64,000 nt of DNA from Cyanidioschyzon merolae (lineage: Eukaryota), in NCBI GenBank assembly GCA_000091205.1, contig AP006489.2, one strand, 5' to 3'. Made by a program: the position numbers and the translations under genes. Below the pieces are notes generated by a model. It was not told the origin of the DNA, made no database searches, and was given only the letters and a program-made list of their open reading frames with translations. Shown here in pieces: positions 11,144 through 22,936 of this stretch (position 1 is its first letter; each line of letters opens with the position of its first letter).

Positions 11144-11318
11144 CGCAAGGACTTGCCCCAGCCAGTGGACGTCGCAGAGCGTCGCTGAACGGTGCGTACA
11201 GCTGCTGTCCAGCACCGGCGCTCTCGCGCAAATGTACGAGAAACCGCCTGGCGATATGCGCGCGCAACGCGCTCAGTCACGACATCGATTGTGACACCTC
11301 ATCGCTTACAGTGCATGT

Positions 11319-11319
11319 A

Positions 11320-11354
<35 letters not shown>

Positions 11355-11355
11355 A
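11319..11355. repeat. (GGC)n microsatellite, about 12 units
   Basis: A run of cggcggcgg read directly, in the coatomer-beta upstream region. Confidence 0.9.
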
Positions 11356-11439
11356 GGGATGGAATATTTTTGGTTTGACAAAGCGATTCCGTGTAGCCTG
11401 GATCCTAGATGGCGGAATAGATATCGGTATTCGGCAAAG

Positions 11440-11600
11440 CGTCTACCGTGCAGCGCTCTAGCTCCCAGTTCCATGACCCATACCTCCTCTCGGATATGCT
11501 GGTCGTTCCGTACGTTCTATCGTTTCTTGGCACTGCCGTTTGGGTTGTGTTCCGCGTGAGTACAACAACTGCCAGTGGATACACAGGTGTCGCTCTCCGC
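11440..11600 (-). repeat. Internal fragment of a SINE-like dispersed repeat family (copy e)
   Basis: 'cctctcggatatgctggtcgttccgtacgttctatcgt' aligns to the family core 'cttcatctcggatattctggtcgtttcgtacgccctatcgtgtg' seen at 17.4 kb and 60.4 kb. Confidence 0.6.
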
Positions 11601-12097
11601 GCATCATCGCCGGGATTGTCCCAAGTCACAGACTAGTCACAGACTAGACGGCAGCTCTCAGAGAGGCACCTTGATGCCCAGTGCACGTGCTGGACATGCG
11701 CAATGACAGTGTACTCATGAAGCGCTAATCATCTCTCCAAAAGAAGCTTTTCGGAGTTCTGCATACTTAGCGGATTCTAGAAAAGACGATTCCCCAGAGA
11801 TGGAGCAATCGTTTCTCTCAATATTGTACTCGAGCGCGACGAGAAAAACCTGCTTGCAGAGTCGTACGTTCGAGCATCCGAAGCGGCAGCGCACTTTTTC
11901 CATGTCATCTCCAGAACGGCCTCGACTCTGTGTTGCGAACGGAAAGCTGGGGGTGCCTCGATCCCGATCGTTTTAGAAGACGCTGCTTGCCCTGCTTTCC
12001 TGGGCAGAGTACGTGCCTTTGGTCGTGATCCAACGAATCGTCTTTACGGTCTCAGATTGGCCGCTCGCTCTCGTTCATCCACCAGAACCTGTTTCAG

Positions 12098-15000
12098 CTA
12101 GTTTGAGGAACGCCCTAAAGAAGGTGTCGTGCTTCCCGTTGGACTGGCAATCGTACGGAACGCCTCACGAGCACCCGAATACTTCCAATCAACCGCTTCA
12201 ATATTAAGCAGTACAGAGTCCGCATCAAATACAAATTTGATAGGAAGACCGGCCAGCATCAGGGTACGTCCAGTCATCCGCAGCAAATTGCCGGCGTACT
12301 GGTAGACGCCGCTGCGTGCAGCCTCTATCGCACCGGTCAGGGTATTCCGTTGCATCACACCAGGACACCACTCTTCTACTTCGTAGACTCGCTCGGCATC
12401 AAGTCCTCGCAGGCGTAAGCGAGGCTCCAGCCGCCCAACTTCGCGTATCTGGTTGAACGCGAACACTAACGCACGGTTGCGATCCGCGGAAACGTACATC
12501 CAGGCACAATTCTGGGTGCGAAACGGACACCACAGCCGATACATATCTCCAAACAGTACAACCGGAGCAACCTGCCGATACAATTCAATGTAGTGTCGAA
12601 TCTCTCGGAGCTCATCCTCAGACAGGACACGCGGGTCTAATTCATACCCAAAAGTACCGCACATGGCAACCAGAGATCGCGTCTTCATCGGAGCGCTCCG
12701 CAGCGTCTGGTGATTCGGCACGGTGGACACGTGCGCGGCAATTGCCTTGGCGGGTGCCCAGAGCGAGGTGCCCGCCTGGATCCGCATCCGACTCGACGCA
12801 TCCGTATTGTCGCTGGTCCATATCTGGGAGCTGTAGTACAGAAGGCCAGCATCGAAGCGGCCGCCGCCACCGGCACAAGTCTCGAAAAACACGTCAGGAA
12901 ACTGCTCCTGAATACGGCCCAGTACTTCGTAGAGCCCGAGAATATAGCGATGCGCAATCTCGCCTTGTCGTTCAGGCGGATGCACTGCGCTGTAGACTTC
13001 CGTCAGGAACCGATTATTATCCCATTTGATATAGCTGATTGCACACGAGCTTAGAATCGTGCTCATGGTGTCGACGAGCCAATCGCGAACTTCGCTGCGT
13101 GTCAGGTCGAGCACCAGCTGGTTGCGGCCCATGGTCTTGCCGCGACTTGGAATATGCAGCGCCCAGTCCGGGTGCGCCTTGAAAAGGTCCGATTCGACGG
13201 AGACCATCTCTGGCTCGACCCAGAGACCGACCTTGAGACCCGTGGCGGTCAGCTCGCGAACCAAACCATGCAGACCGAAAGGCAACTTGGTCGGGTTCGG
13301 GTACCAATCGCCCAGGCCGTCCGAGGTGTCGTTGCGTCGGCCAAACCAGCCGTCGTCAATGACGATCATCTCAATTCCAGCACGTTTCGCTACCTCTGCG
13401 ATCTTCAGTACGGACTCGTGCGAGAGCTGGAAATACAGCGCCTCCCAGGTATTGAGAAGCACCGGCGGGATGTATGTGCGGAACTGCGGCGGCTGCAGGC
13501 GATCCCGTATCAGCCGATGGTATCGACGACTCATCTCTCCGATGCCTTGCGCACTGTACGTAAGGATCACCTCTGGCGTGATGAATTCCTCATCAGGCTC
13601 GAGGTTCCAGTAGAAGCCCTGGGGATGAATGCCAATATTCAGGCGCGTACGCCCGGTCTCGCTCACCTCACACTCCACGAGAAAATTTCCCGAGTAGACG
13701 AGTAGCGCAGCGAACGCTTCACCGGTATCTTCGTTCGGCTCACCAGCAGAGATAATTGCGAACGGGTTGTGCTGGTGTGAAGAGCCACCGCGTGTGGAGC
13801 CGAACGAGGTCTGCCCGCTGCGCAGATGCCGTATCACCTGTTGGCGTTCTCGTGCCCAACTTCCGGATAACTGTGTCAAGTAGTAGTCGTCAGTTTCAAA
13901 GTCCAGCGTCGCTGACATCGCTCGGGTAATGATCACATTAGCGTCACCCTCGTTGCGAATGCGGCAATGACGAGTGATCACATCGTAATCATGCACAACA
14001 CAGTAGATGAGCTCCACCACCAAACCGGTGACGTTGTCGACCATTTCCACAATTAACGTCGTCGCTTCGTGGACGTCCTCGGTGAACACAGCTGGCATGT
14101 AATTGGGCATCGGAATTTTGCCGCGACGGATGCGGTGGCGACGATACGTGAAGGGCGACAACGTGGATCCATCCTCATAGATGACACCAATCGAGGGAAT
14201 GCGGTAGTCGCCAGTTCCGCTATCGGAGATTTCTAGCAGCTTCACGTTCTTGCTAATTGTCTCTTGATCCAACTTACCCCAGTTCACGACGGATGCTGTT
14301 GATTTCTGCCCCGAGTCCAGATCCAGCTCAGAAGCGGTCTGCATGAGCGATGGAGCTTGTTTGCCTCCGGCTGTGCTCTGCTGGACGCTCTGAGGTCCTT
14401 GTGGGCCCTCCGCTGCGCTACCGCTCACCATTCGAGCGGGCGCCTCCTTGGGAGCGCCCATGCTGTCGCGTTTCCCGCGATTCCAGTCGAGACGCGGACT
14501 GGTTATCACTGATGCCAACGAGTGCTCTGATCGCGACAAGTCCAGCGCAGGCGTCGAGGCGAACCGATGTAGCGAACCAGGTGCCGTGCTGCTCGCACGA
14601 TCCGAGGCATCAACAAGCTCTCCGCCTGCCTCACCACTGGGTAAAATTGCTTGTGGCTGCGTTTCTGTCACCTTCTCCGATGCGGATTGACTGAGCGATT
14701 TCCCGCCGCGCTGCAGAGCGCGCTCCAAAACATCATCAGAGAGGTCCTTGTCCAGATCGACAGCCGAGCCTTTCATGCGTTCCATGTGCCATAATCGCCA
14801 GGAGGCGTTTTCGAGACGACGCGGTCTGCCGGTGTTCTCAAAGTCACCAGAGACCGCAGAATCATTCTTCGCGCGTGTGAATAAACGCCATTTCTGCTGC
14901 AGTTCTTGTTCAGAGGAAAACTGCAATTCATCGAGACCCATGGTTTGCATGATGTTCGGCTCCACGGCTGACGGAACAATGCCATGGGGATCAAATGGTC

Positions 15001-15406
15001 CTGGAACGTTGCCCAGGCTCAGGTATGTCAAGTTGTCATCCGTTTGGAGCCATGATCCATAGTAGAGATGTTCCAAATTCCGATTATCGTCGATTCGGAA
15101 AGCATACAACGTCTCGCGGGAGTAGAGCCGAAATATGCGTGTCGACGGATCGAAATACACACCAGGCCGGGCTAGCAACGATTGTTGGCTTGGTCGGAGT
15201 GCTGCTTCTGCTCCTGCGAGGCTGGACTTGCCATCCATACGTCCAATGGTGAACATTCCGGTGTTAGCGTTGGAACTCGACTCCAAAGCCAGATGCGAGA
15301 GCGCGGCGCCAACGAGGGCGGGATTGTTCCCCTGATCACCCGCTTGTTGATACACGCTCGATCCAGCAGCTTCGAGCATGCCAGCACGTTCTTTGACCTC
15401 GACCAT
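12098..15406 (-). CDS. GH36 alpha-galactosidase (melibiase-type) with N-terminal low-complexity insertion containing an AreA-N/DUF1752-like module
   Basis: 1102-aa ORF from ATG 15406. The GH36 N-domain reads 'RETLYAFRIDDNRNLEHLYYGSW'. The catalytic region 'KRAGIEMIVIDDGWFGRRNDTSDGLGDWYPNPTKLPFGLHGLVREL...GLKVGLWVEPEMVS' carries the DDGWFG hallmark of GH36 alpha-galactosidases. An insertion of about 280 aa that is S/A/G-rich (ORF aa about 150-430) contains 'QKWRLFTRAKND...RRLENASWRLWHMER'. Confidence 0.85.
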   Translation of the reverse strand: MVEVKERAGMLEAAGSSVYQQAGDQGNNPALVGAALSHLALESSSNANTGMFTIGRMDGKSSLAGAEAALRPSQQSLLARPGVYFDPSTRIFRLYSRETLYAFRIDDNRNLEHLYYGSWLQTDDNLTYLSLGNVPGPFDPHGIVPSAVEPNIMQTMGLDELQFSSEQELQQKWRLFTRAKNDSAVSGDFENTGRPRRLENASWRLWHMERMKGSAVDLDKDLSDDVLERALQRGGKSLSQSASEKVTETQPQAILPSGEAGGELVDASDRASSTAPGSLHRFASTPALDLSRSEHSLASVITSPRLDWNRGKRDSMGAPKEAPARMVSGSAAEGPQGPQSVQQSTAGGKQAPSLMQTASELDLDSGQKSTASVVNWGKLDQETISKNVKLLEISDSGTGDYRIPSIGVIYEDGSTLSPFTYRRHRIRRGKIPMPNYMPAVFTEDVHEATTLIVEMVDNVTGLVVELIYCVVHDYDVITRHCRIRNEGDANVIITRAMSATLDFETDDYYLTQLSGSWARERQQVIRHLRSGQTSFGSTRGGSSHQHNPFAIISAGEPNEDTGEAFAALLVYSGNFLVECEVSETGRTRLNIGIHPQGFYWNLEPDEEFITPEVILTYSAQGIGEMSRRYHRLIRDRLQPPQFRTYIPPVLLNTWEALYFQLSHESVLKIAEVAKRAGIEMIVIDDGWFGRRNDTSDGLGDWYPNPTKLPFGLHGLVRELTATGLKVGLWVEPEMVSVESDLFKAHPDWALHIPSRGKTMGRNQLVLDLTRSEVRDWLVDTMSTILSSCAISYIKWDNNRFLTEVYSAVHPPERQGEIAHRYILGLYEVLGRIQEQFPDVFFETCAGGGGRFDAGLLYYSSQIWTSDNTDASSRMRIQAGTSLWAPAKAIAAHVSTVPNHQTLRSAPMKTRSLVAMCGTFGYELDPRVLSEDELREIRHYIELYRQVAPVVLFGDMYRLWCPFRTQNCAWMYVSADRNRALVFAFNQIREVGRLEPRLRLRGLDAERVYEVEEWCPGVMQRNTLTGAIEAARSGVYQYAGNLLRMTGRTLMLAGLPIKFVFDADSVLLNIEAVDWKYSGAREAFRTIASPTGSTTPSLGRSSN

Positions 15407-16227
15407 GTCAGTTCACCTCTCGTCTAGTTCTTGCACAGTTGGCCAAAGGTGCGACGTGAGGTCTCGATCCTAGAACACAGGGTCAGACTAATATGAAGGC
15501 GCAGAAGAGCGCTAGTGGCGTATTGGATTCGTGTTTGCGTGAAGACTGCAGCGCGCCAGCAAGCGGTCAACGCGTGCGACTAGTTCCTGGTATCCAGCGT
15601 GACACAGAAGCGATCCTTAATCGAAAAGGTGCTCCTATTTCGCCGAACGTATGTCGTTCTTTAGGCTACCCAACGAGTACAACTTGACAGTGACGCTACG
15701 GCCGGGCTCTTTAGCGCACCTCAGGTTCTTCTTTTCGCGCACAAGCACTTGCCCTAGAAGCACTGTCTTCGACGATCAGAGGCGTGTCTATCCAGAATGC
15801 CTGAGTTACGCACCAGCACGAGCACGAGAAATACTTGCCAATACGGGTCCCTGTAGCCGGGTAAATCAAAGCTACCCGAAACGGTACGCTGAGCCAACCC
15901 AGTACCCACCGGAAGCCTTCACCACGAGACTGCCACTGTGCACGCTTCCAGTGGACAGGCGACGTCCCAAGCGAACCTGTGCGTAAGCCCCGTTCGTTAC
16001 AACGTACTGCAAGGTGCTGTCGCCGGACGCCACAACCAAAGCTCTTGCCGAGGGCTTACCTGCCTCGAAGCACCGCCCTGGTGGCCGCGGCTACCCAGTC
16101 AGCAGCGCGATGCTCCGCGGCGGGCGGCGTTTTCTGAGCAGCGCGATCGCCGCAGCGGCCCTCATCCCGAGGCGTCTGTGCGTCTACGGTGGCGACGTCG
16201 CTGACTGGCCCGCGTCTGATCCGTATG

Positions 16228-16310
16228 CGATTTTTTTCATTGACAAAACGTTTACTTAGGCCAGCGTTCTCCGATTATGCGCTTTTTTGTTTCTTTCTTT
16301 TTTTTTGTGT
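16228..16310 (-). repeat. 5'-truncated copy (3' A-rich tail only) of the SINE-like family (copy a)
   Basis: 'cgatttttttcattgacaaaacgtttacttaggccagcgttctccgattatgcgcttttttgtttc...' is identical in its first ~55 nt to the ends of the copies at 17335 and 60262. Confidence 0.7.
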
Positions 16311-17334
16311 AATAATCTGTATGAGATCGCCGCAGCGCATGTGGCTAGGTGTGATCTGCTGTGCGCCTTCGATGGCGTCTGTCCATGCGCATTGGTGTGC
16401 CTCAATCAAGGAGAACGCTGCCCTGCTTGCCCCATTCCTATTCATCGATCATTTTTCCAACTATTAAGGGGTATATCTTTTATATTCGAAGCGTGACTGT
16501 AAGAGCTTATGGATACATATGTAGTTCTGGGATTCGTGGTCGTTTTTCCGAGTGGATCCTTCGACACTTTGAGGCAGCAGTTCGATACATCATTAGAGTC
16601 AGGATTATTCGTGACGATCCTATAACATGGGCTCGTAAAATCACCGATATCATGATCGAATTCATATGTACGAGCTTCCAAGCTTCTTTATTGCCTACAT
16701 ATAGAATGCTCAGAGCACGCACTCCCCAGGTTATTGATCGTCCCCTGTGGAGGCAACTCGTGGGCGCACCAAAACGCACCGCTGGATTGACGGGATAAAA
16801 CAACGCGACATCGTCCTTAGGCGATGTGAAAACAAGCCTATGCCGACGTTTCACTAAAGTTGTCATGTATAAGGATCGATTTTGTTCGAAAGACTAGTTC
16901 TTCTGTCGTTTTTGCTTTCGATGAGACGGCATTCGATATCTGCTCGATACATCTCAGTGGATATGCTTCCAGAGGCTCCCGTCTCTTCTGTTTGAATTGG
17001 ATACGTTCTGGACTCGTACATTAGTCCCCCGCACGGTCGCTTCGAGTGGAGCCTGCGTCACCGTATTTCGCGAAGGACGCGTAGACAAATCGAAATGTCT
17101 CGATTTGTCCCCCAAACTCGCTTTTCGATTCGGTAAGTTTTGCCTCACGGAACACATCGCGTGTCACGGATCCTTTATCGAACAATAGATCATGCCCTTG
17201 CGCGTGCGCTAAGTGGATTAGTCGCCGAGTGCTTCGCCCAGAGAAAGCGCATGACCTGAAGGCACAGACTCTGCACGAAAGCAGAGTAAGGCGATCAGGT
17301 TCGCCTTCTGTACTCGTCGAAAGTATGCACTGAT

Positions 17335-17645
17335 CGATTTTTTTCATTGACAAAACGTTTACTTAGGCCAGCGCTCTCGAATTATACGCTTTTTTGTTTC
17401 TTTTTCTTTTCTTTTCCTACTTTTTTGTGTTTTTTCAGTGCGCGGTGAAGTATCCATCAAACACCCTACCTCCATGTTACATTACCTATACTTCGTCTCG
17501 GATATTCTGGTCGTTTCATACGTCCTATCGTGTGTGCCTAGAACCTGCCTTTCTGTATCCGCCTTTGCACCTGAACCGCTCGAGCAGATAGTTCGTAGAG
17601 CTAGAACAGCATTTCTATACCATAGAGGGCGTCGGCTCGAGGGGT
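17335..17645 (-). repeat. SINE-like retroposon copy (copy b); element sense on minus strand, A-rich tail at 17335
   Basis: Aligns along its length with the copy at 60262-60548. It ends 'agagggcgtcggctcgaggg' (17624-17643). It lies in the divergent GH36/GT4 intergenic region. Confidence 0.7.
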
Positions 17646-18507
17646 GCTTCACCCGACATAGAATCGGGTCTCGTCGTCGGTTTGTGCTCGGACAGTCCGC
17701 GAATGTAGGCTTGGCTTCGCTGCACGACACGCTGGAGAAACTTGCTGTTAGTATGAATCCTGGGAGCCGCCTCTCTCCTTCGTGATCATGCATGGAATGC
17801 GTCGTTGGTTGGCAACGCGGGTTTGTGCTTGACACCCACCAGTGGGTAGGCGCAGAAAGCGCACTGGGCCCGTGTGCGCATCCGATTCGCTGGACCTTAT
17901 GCCTAGAAGGTAGATGCACCGATCGATGAGACGAGCGTTCACGCGCCGTACGTCATTGCTCGACGGAGACGTGTAGCTGGAGTTGTGTGAACACCCCAGC
18001 ACGCCCAGGCGCCTCCGCTTCGAAAGGCTTACCGATCCTGTATACAAAAAATGAAAACAGCAAGTAAAGCATCCATTGGAACATGCATCTTCGCATAAAA
18101 TGTGTAGGAATCAGACACCATTGACGAAAGTCGTACTCGATCGCTCCCATCAACATTCCTCGACTGCTATTAATGGAGCTGGAGGGAACGAAGAGACGAC
18201 CGATTTCTAAGCCCGATATAAGACAGACGGATTCTAATCTGTTCATAAAAAAGCCAGCATATGCTCGTGTTTATCATAGTGGCACGAATTCAAAACATGA
18301 GCGCATTCGTGCGTTCCCCCTGAATAGAGACGCTCCATCGATATCTGACTAATGCGCATCGCGCGCGTTCCGCATTGCCAGGGCGCAGCTGAATGCACCA
18401 CGCTGAAAATCTGTGGTGGATACGAGAGGATACCGGGTAGGCGCGTCTGAATTCGGCATTTGTAGTTGTTGTGTGTTGCTGACTCTCGTCCAACGACTTC
18501 GTGCACC

Positions 18508-20391
18508 ATGGAGGCAACGTTCACCCCACTTCTTTCCAAAGTATCAGGAAACCCTACCTCGCCCTCGAGTTCATCGACAGATGATCTCCCTGCGGGAGTT
18601 CTTCCCTATGAAGACTTCGACTTTGCGCCGTACCTTCAAGAGGTGAAGACGGAGGAGGATCTGCGGAAGACGTGGCGCGTATTCACCAAAATGAAGGATG
18701 TGCTTGAGACAGGGCGAAGGCTCGAGAACTTTTCTTGGCGCTTGTGGTTTGCGAAGCGTAGCCAGGGCGAGACGCTGGACGAAGAGGAGCTTGTTAAGGA
18801 TCTCACCCAACTCGAGAAGTATGACCTTGACTTGCAGCGCGATCTCCAGCGCATGCGCCAATCGACGGAAGGTGTGCTGACAAATATTTTCACCGATCAG
18901 GAGAAGAAACGTTTCGAGGAACAAGAGCGTCGGGAGCAGCTTCGTCTGCTTCTAGAGCACCTGGAACGTCTGAAAGCCATCAAGGAGGAACACAGTTTGC
19001 CGGACGATGCGCTGGATAAAATTTTGAACCTTGTTGACGACGCTTTTGGGGAAATGGCTGATGCGGCGGCTGCTGCCCAGCAGCAGCAACAACAGCAGAT
19101 CTCCCTGGACAGCAAAGCGCCCCGCGTCGTTCGCCTTCCGCGCTCTTACGCCGACGTGCTCGAGACCCTGGAGCGCATTCGAGCGGAGCTGGCGCTCATT
19201 CCGTCGTGCGTGGCGTTTGGTCACTCGTTGGAGCGCAATGGAGCCAATAACTTCCTGCTCTACCTCTTGCGAGAGCTTGTGGATAGTTTCATATTTACAC
19301 TAGTTGTACCAAAGGACGGCCCAATGCGTGAGGACTTCGAAGCGCTCGGGTGCCGTGTTGAGCTGTTGGAGACGACGGCTGAGTCGTTTGCGGATCATGT
19401 CAACAAGCTGGTGTCGAGTCACTCATTTCTGATTGCCAATACAATCATGCGCGCAGAAGCTGTCATTGCGGCGGCGAAGCATGGCACACCTTCTATCTGG
19501 GTGATTCACGAGGCCTGGCCTCAGGATCAGTTTGATTACTACGCGAAGCAAGTATTTCAAATGGCTCACGTCGATGGTGACCTCATCCGCCAGGGATTTG
19601 CAACCGCTAGTCGTATCGTTTTCCCTGCCCACGTTCAGAAACAGTGTTACGCTGGATTATTCGAGCCGCATCGGTCTCAGGTGATCTACAACGGCATACC
19701 ATTGTCTGCCATCAATAGCTACCGCTCGACGCAGAATCGCGACCGGGTTCGAGCAGAGCTCGGCTACCAGCCGACTGATCGTCTGGTTGTCCACCTGGGA
19801 ACAATTTGCAAGCGGAAGGGCCAAATCTACACAGCACGTGCTTTCAGCCTACTGAGAAACGATCCGGAAATCCAGCAGTCAGGATACATGTGCAAGCTGC
19901 TCATGGTTGGAGCTCGTTTTATTCGTGACCATGAAATCGCCTATCAGCAGGAGATTAAGGCGGAACTCGAGGCTGCTGGCGCAATTCGCGATTGCACCAT
20001 CCTCGAAATTCAGAAGAATGTTTTGCCCTATTATTTGGCCGCTGATATTCTGGTCGTGCCATCCTTGAACGAGGTCCTGCCGCTCGTGGTGTGCGAAGCC
20101 ATGGCGTTTGAGCGACCAGTGGTGGCGAGTGCCATCGACGGCATCCCCGAGGCAATCTCAGATGGTGTCGAAGGTTTTCTGGTGCCACCGGCAGACGAGC
20201 AGAGCCTGTACGAACGGGTGAAACAACTCATTCTTGATGAGAATCTGCGGACGGTGATGGGCAAGAATGGGCGCAAGCGGGTTTTGGGCCAGTTCAGCTT
20301 CAGCGCGATGGCGAACAACTATCGCCAGGTTATTCAAGACGCTCTGAAGGACAAGCCCTCAGCGGCCGCTGCGGCCTTGGAGGCAGCGTAA
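18508..20391 (+). CDS. GT4 (group-1) glycosyltransferase with N-terminal AreA-N/DUF1752-like module and coiled-coil/poly-Q region
   Basis: The C-terminal half is classic GT4: 'VVPSLNEVLPLVVCEAMAFERPVVASAIDGIPEAISDGVEGFLVPPADEQSLYERVKQLILDENLRTVMGKNGRKRV' (EX7E motif). The N-terminus reads 'EDLRKTWRVFTKMKDVLETGRRLENFSWRLWFAKR'. The track ORF starts at a TTG at 18466; the first ATG is at 18508. Confidence 0.85.
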   Translation: MEATFTPLLSKVSGNPTSPSSSSTDDLPAGVLPYEDFDFAPYLQEVKTEEDLRKTWRVFTKMKDVLETGRRLENFSWRLWFAKRSQGETLDEEELVKDLTQLEKYDLDLQRDLQRMRQSTEGVLTNIFTDQEKKRFEEQERREQLRLLLEHLERLKAIKEEHSLPDDALDKILNLVDDAFGEMADAAAAAQQQQQQQISLDSKAPRVVRLPRSYADVLETLERIRAELALIPSCVAFGHSLERNGANNFLLYLLRELVDSFIFTLVVPKDGPMREDFEALGCRVELLETTAESFADHVNKLVSSHSFLIANTIMRAEAVIAAAKHGTPSIWVIHEAWPQDQFDYYAKQVFQMAHVDGDLIRQGFATASRIVFPAHVQKQCYAGLFEPHRSQVIYNGIPLSAINSYRSTQNRDRVRAELGYQPTDRLVVHLGTICKRKGQIYTARAFSLLRNDPEIQQSGYMCKLLMVGARFIRDHEIAYQQEIKAELEAAGAIRDCTILEIQKNVLPYYLAADILVVPSLNEVLPLVVCEAMAFERPVVASAIDGIPEAISDGVEGFLVPPADEQSLYERVKQLILDENLRTVMGKNGRKRVLGQFSFSAMANNYRQVIQDALKDKPSAAAAALEAA

Positions 20392-22936
20392 CAGAAAGGC
20401 GCCCCAGCCTCAATATAGTATAGGAAGTCAAGCTACGAGCGCTTCCGAACAGAGACATCCGTACGAGTTCCAGCCAGTGGATTAAAGCGGTGACGCGTTT
20501 GGTGGAGCATGCTAGCATGCCAGTGATCGCTCTGCCATATGCGGCTATGATTCCCGCTGTTCCCGAGAGATTGTGCGTACAGGCGCTGTACCCGCCGAAA
20601 CGCGTCACCGAAACGTGCATCGCACGGACGTGGATTCGGTGACCTCAGGTTCGATGTACAATTCACAATTCTGTTCCATATTCGGAACACTGCTGTGCAA
20701 ATGATTGAACATTGACGCGTTTGCCTCAGAGGTGATGTACATGCACCTGCAGCTGTCATCGTCGGGACCTGTGGGGAGTCTGATGCAATGCAGTGGACAG
20801 GAATCGCGTGAACAAGCTGCCGAGCGAGGTCGCCAGCGAGTTGTCGTCGTGAGAAGCTCCAACACACAAGCTGAGGCGATCACGGATGTTCGTCGCCCAT
20901 TGATGCGGAGGGCGGAATCAAGTATTCTAACGGGAGACCGCAAGACGCATCAACCGCTTTCGGGGAATGTGCATTTGAGAAGAAGCTTCTGTGTCCAAGC
21001 GTTTTGAATGATCGAACGCTCCTCTCGCCTCGGTAATCAGGTGGGATCCGTGGATGGAAGGAGATTCAACAGGGTGTGAATGCGCTGCCCATGACCCTGG
21101 AAGAGACCCTTGCTCCTCTACTACCGTGCCGAATTCAAAAAGAACACTGAACAGGTCGTTTTGTGACTGCCTGTAAATTTTACGAGTTTCAGTGTAGAAT
21201 AAGAACTTCGATATTCCAAGTACAACAAGAAGGGCTGGTGGATTCAAATTTAGATTTAGATTTCTCGGTCGTCGTCTAGGAGTGGAGTTTCGAACGCTTT
21301 GCATCTCGAATTCGTTGTGTCACCCGAATCAAGATGATCAGCGACGCCCTAACGCAAGAGTTCGTAGAATAACCGATATGAGTATTCAATTCATATGCAC
21401 AGTTCTGTGCGATTCTCCTTGCGTTAAGTGCAGCATGCTCAAAACATGCATTCGTCAAGTTTCCGATGGATCTGTTTGATGGCTGCTCATTTTTCCAGCG
21501 ATTAACGGCGCTAAATTAACGAGCAGAAGAGCTCGACGACGACCCCTGGTGATATTATCACAAGTTCATGCCGAAATTTCACTGGCCTTGTCACAGCAAA
21601 TATTCTATCCCGTTCCAAAGTCAATTCATGCTCTTCATGTGTCCACTTACAATCGTGATGTGATTTCTGCAAGATACTTAGGTGAGAATGTGAATCCAGA
21701 GGCTTCCGTCTCGCCTGATTTTGTTGAGAATTCTCTTGATCTCGGACTTTGGTCATCGCAGCTATCCCTTTTAGTCGAGAGTGCGTCGCCATTTTGCAGG
21801 AAGCAAGCGTAAACCGATGCAACTCTCACGACATTTTTTGTTTCTCCTTGATTTTCGTTGCATTACTTGTTTTATCATTGATAGCATCGATTTTCCACAT
21901 ATGCTCTATCGAATGGCCCAAAGTTAGTTTGCGTGTCCAGCGGAGATTCTACTCGCCAAGGGGATCGCCCAAAAGAGTTCCATGATAGCACCATACGGCA
22001 CCGAGCGCGGATATGGACCACGGCATTGCAGGGAACCTTTTCTTTCACATGCAGAGCAGGTACCGAGCGAAGACGCACGCTTTTGCATGCCGCAGGGCAG
22101 CTCTCGGAGAAGGAGGACCCCCGGTGGACGTACTGGCGAACCTGATCACGGTCAGGCGTCACCGCTGCGGAGGGCGTATCGTGGCTGCATACAAAGCATA
22201 TGAAAATGCCATGCAAGGTGTAGATCGCTTCTCCCTTCTGTGCATGAAATTCGTCGGCAACAGCCGGATACTTCAAAGTAGAAGTTTCACGGTGTCATCA
22301 AAATCCTTCGAACGTTGTCAACGCAGTAGGAAAGAGAGGAGAGACCGACGCATTTAAAGCTCTAGATTAGATGAAAGAAAAGGAGCCGAATCGAGAAAGA
22401 GATTGTATAGGCTGATAATGATAATAATTGGAAGAAATCAAATCGTTAAAGTGTACGCCCGAGTTAGACGGCCTGTTCCATTGTACGTTGCCACGTTTAG
22501 ATATTCGAGATACAAACATGAATCCATCGCACTCGTCCTCGTCAGGTCTAGGCGTATCCTCAATTAGCACCAGTTCTGGATATGTTTCAAGAAATCTTCA
22601 CGAGTCATAGCAACTGTGGTAAATGAAAACAGCAGGCTCGTGTGCAAAGCCGCTGGTCCGCGTGTTAGGGACAGCGTCGCAACGACCCAGACGCGACGCC
22701 ACAGCAGTTTCGTCATGAATTTCGACAACCAGTCATCGTCCCACGCTTTTACCCTAAGTATTCGACGCGAGAAAAGCAAGTTGCACGGCAAATACGGGAT
22801 TCCAAGGAACGACTGAAGCCTCTGGGCGTAAGTCTCTGCGGGCTATACGTCAGACTGTACGCGAAAACCCATACCTTTTCTGTCTCGTTCACGGAGTGTT
22901 GTCTGGTTAGCGAGTTGCGTGCGTACAGCGCGTCGA

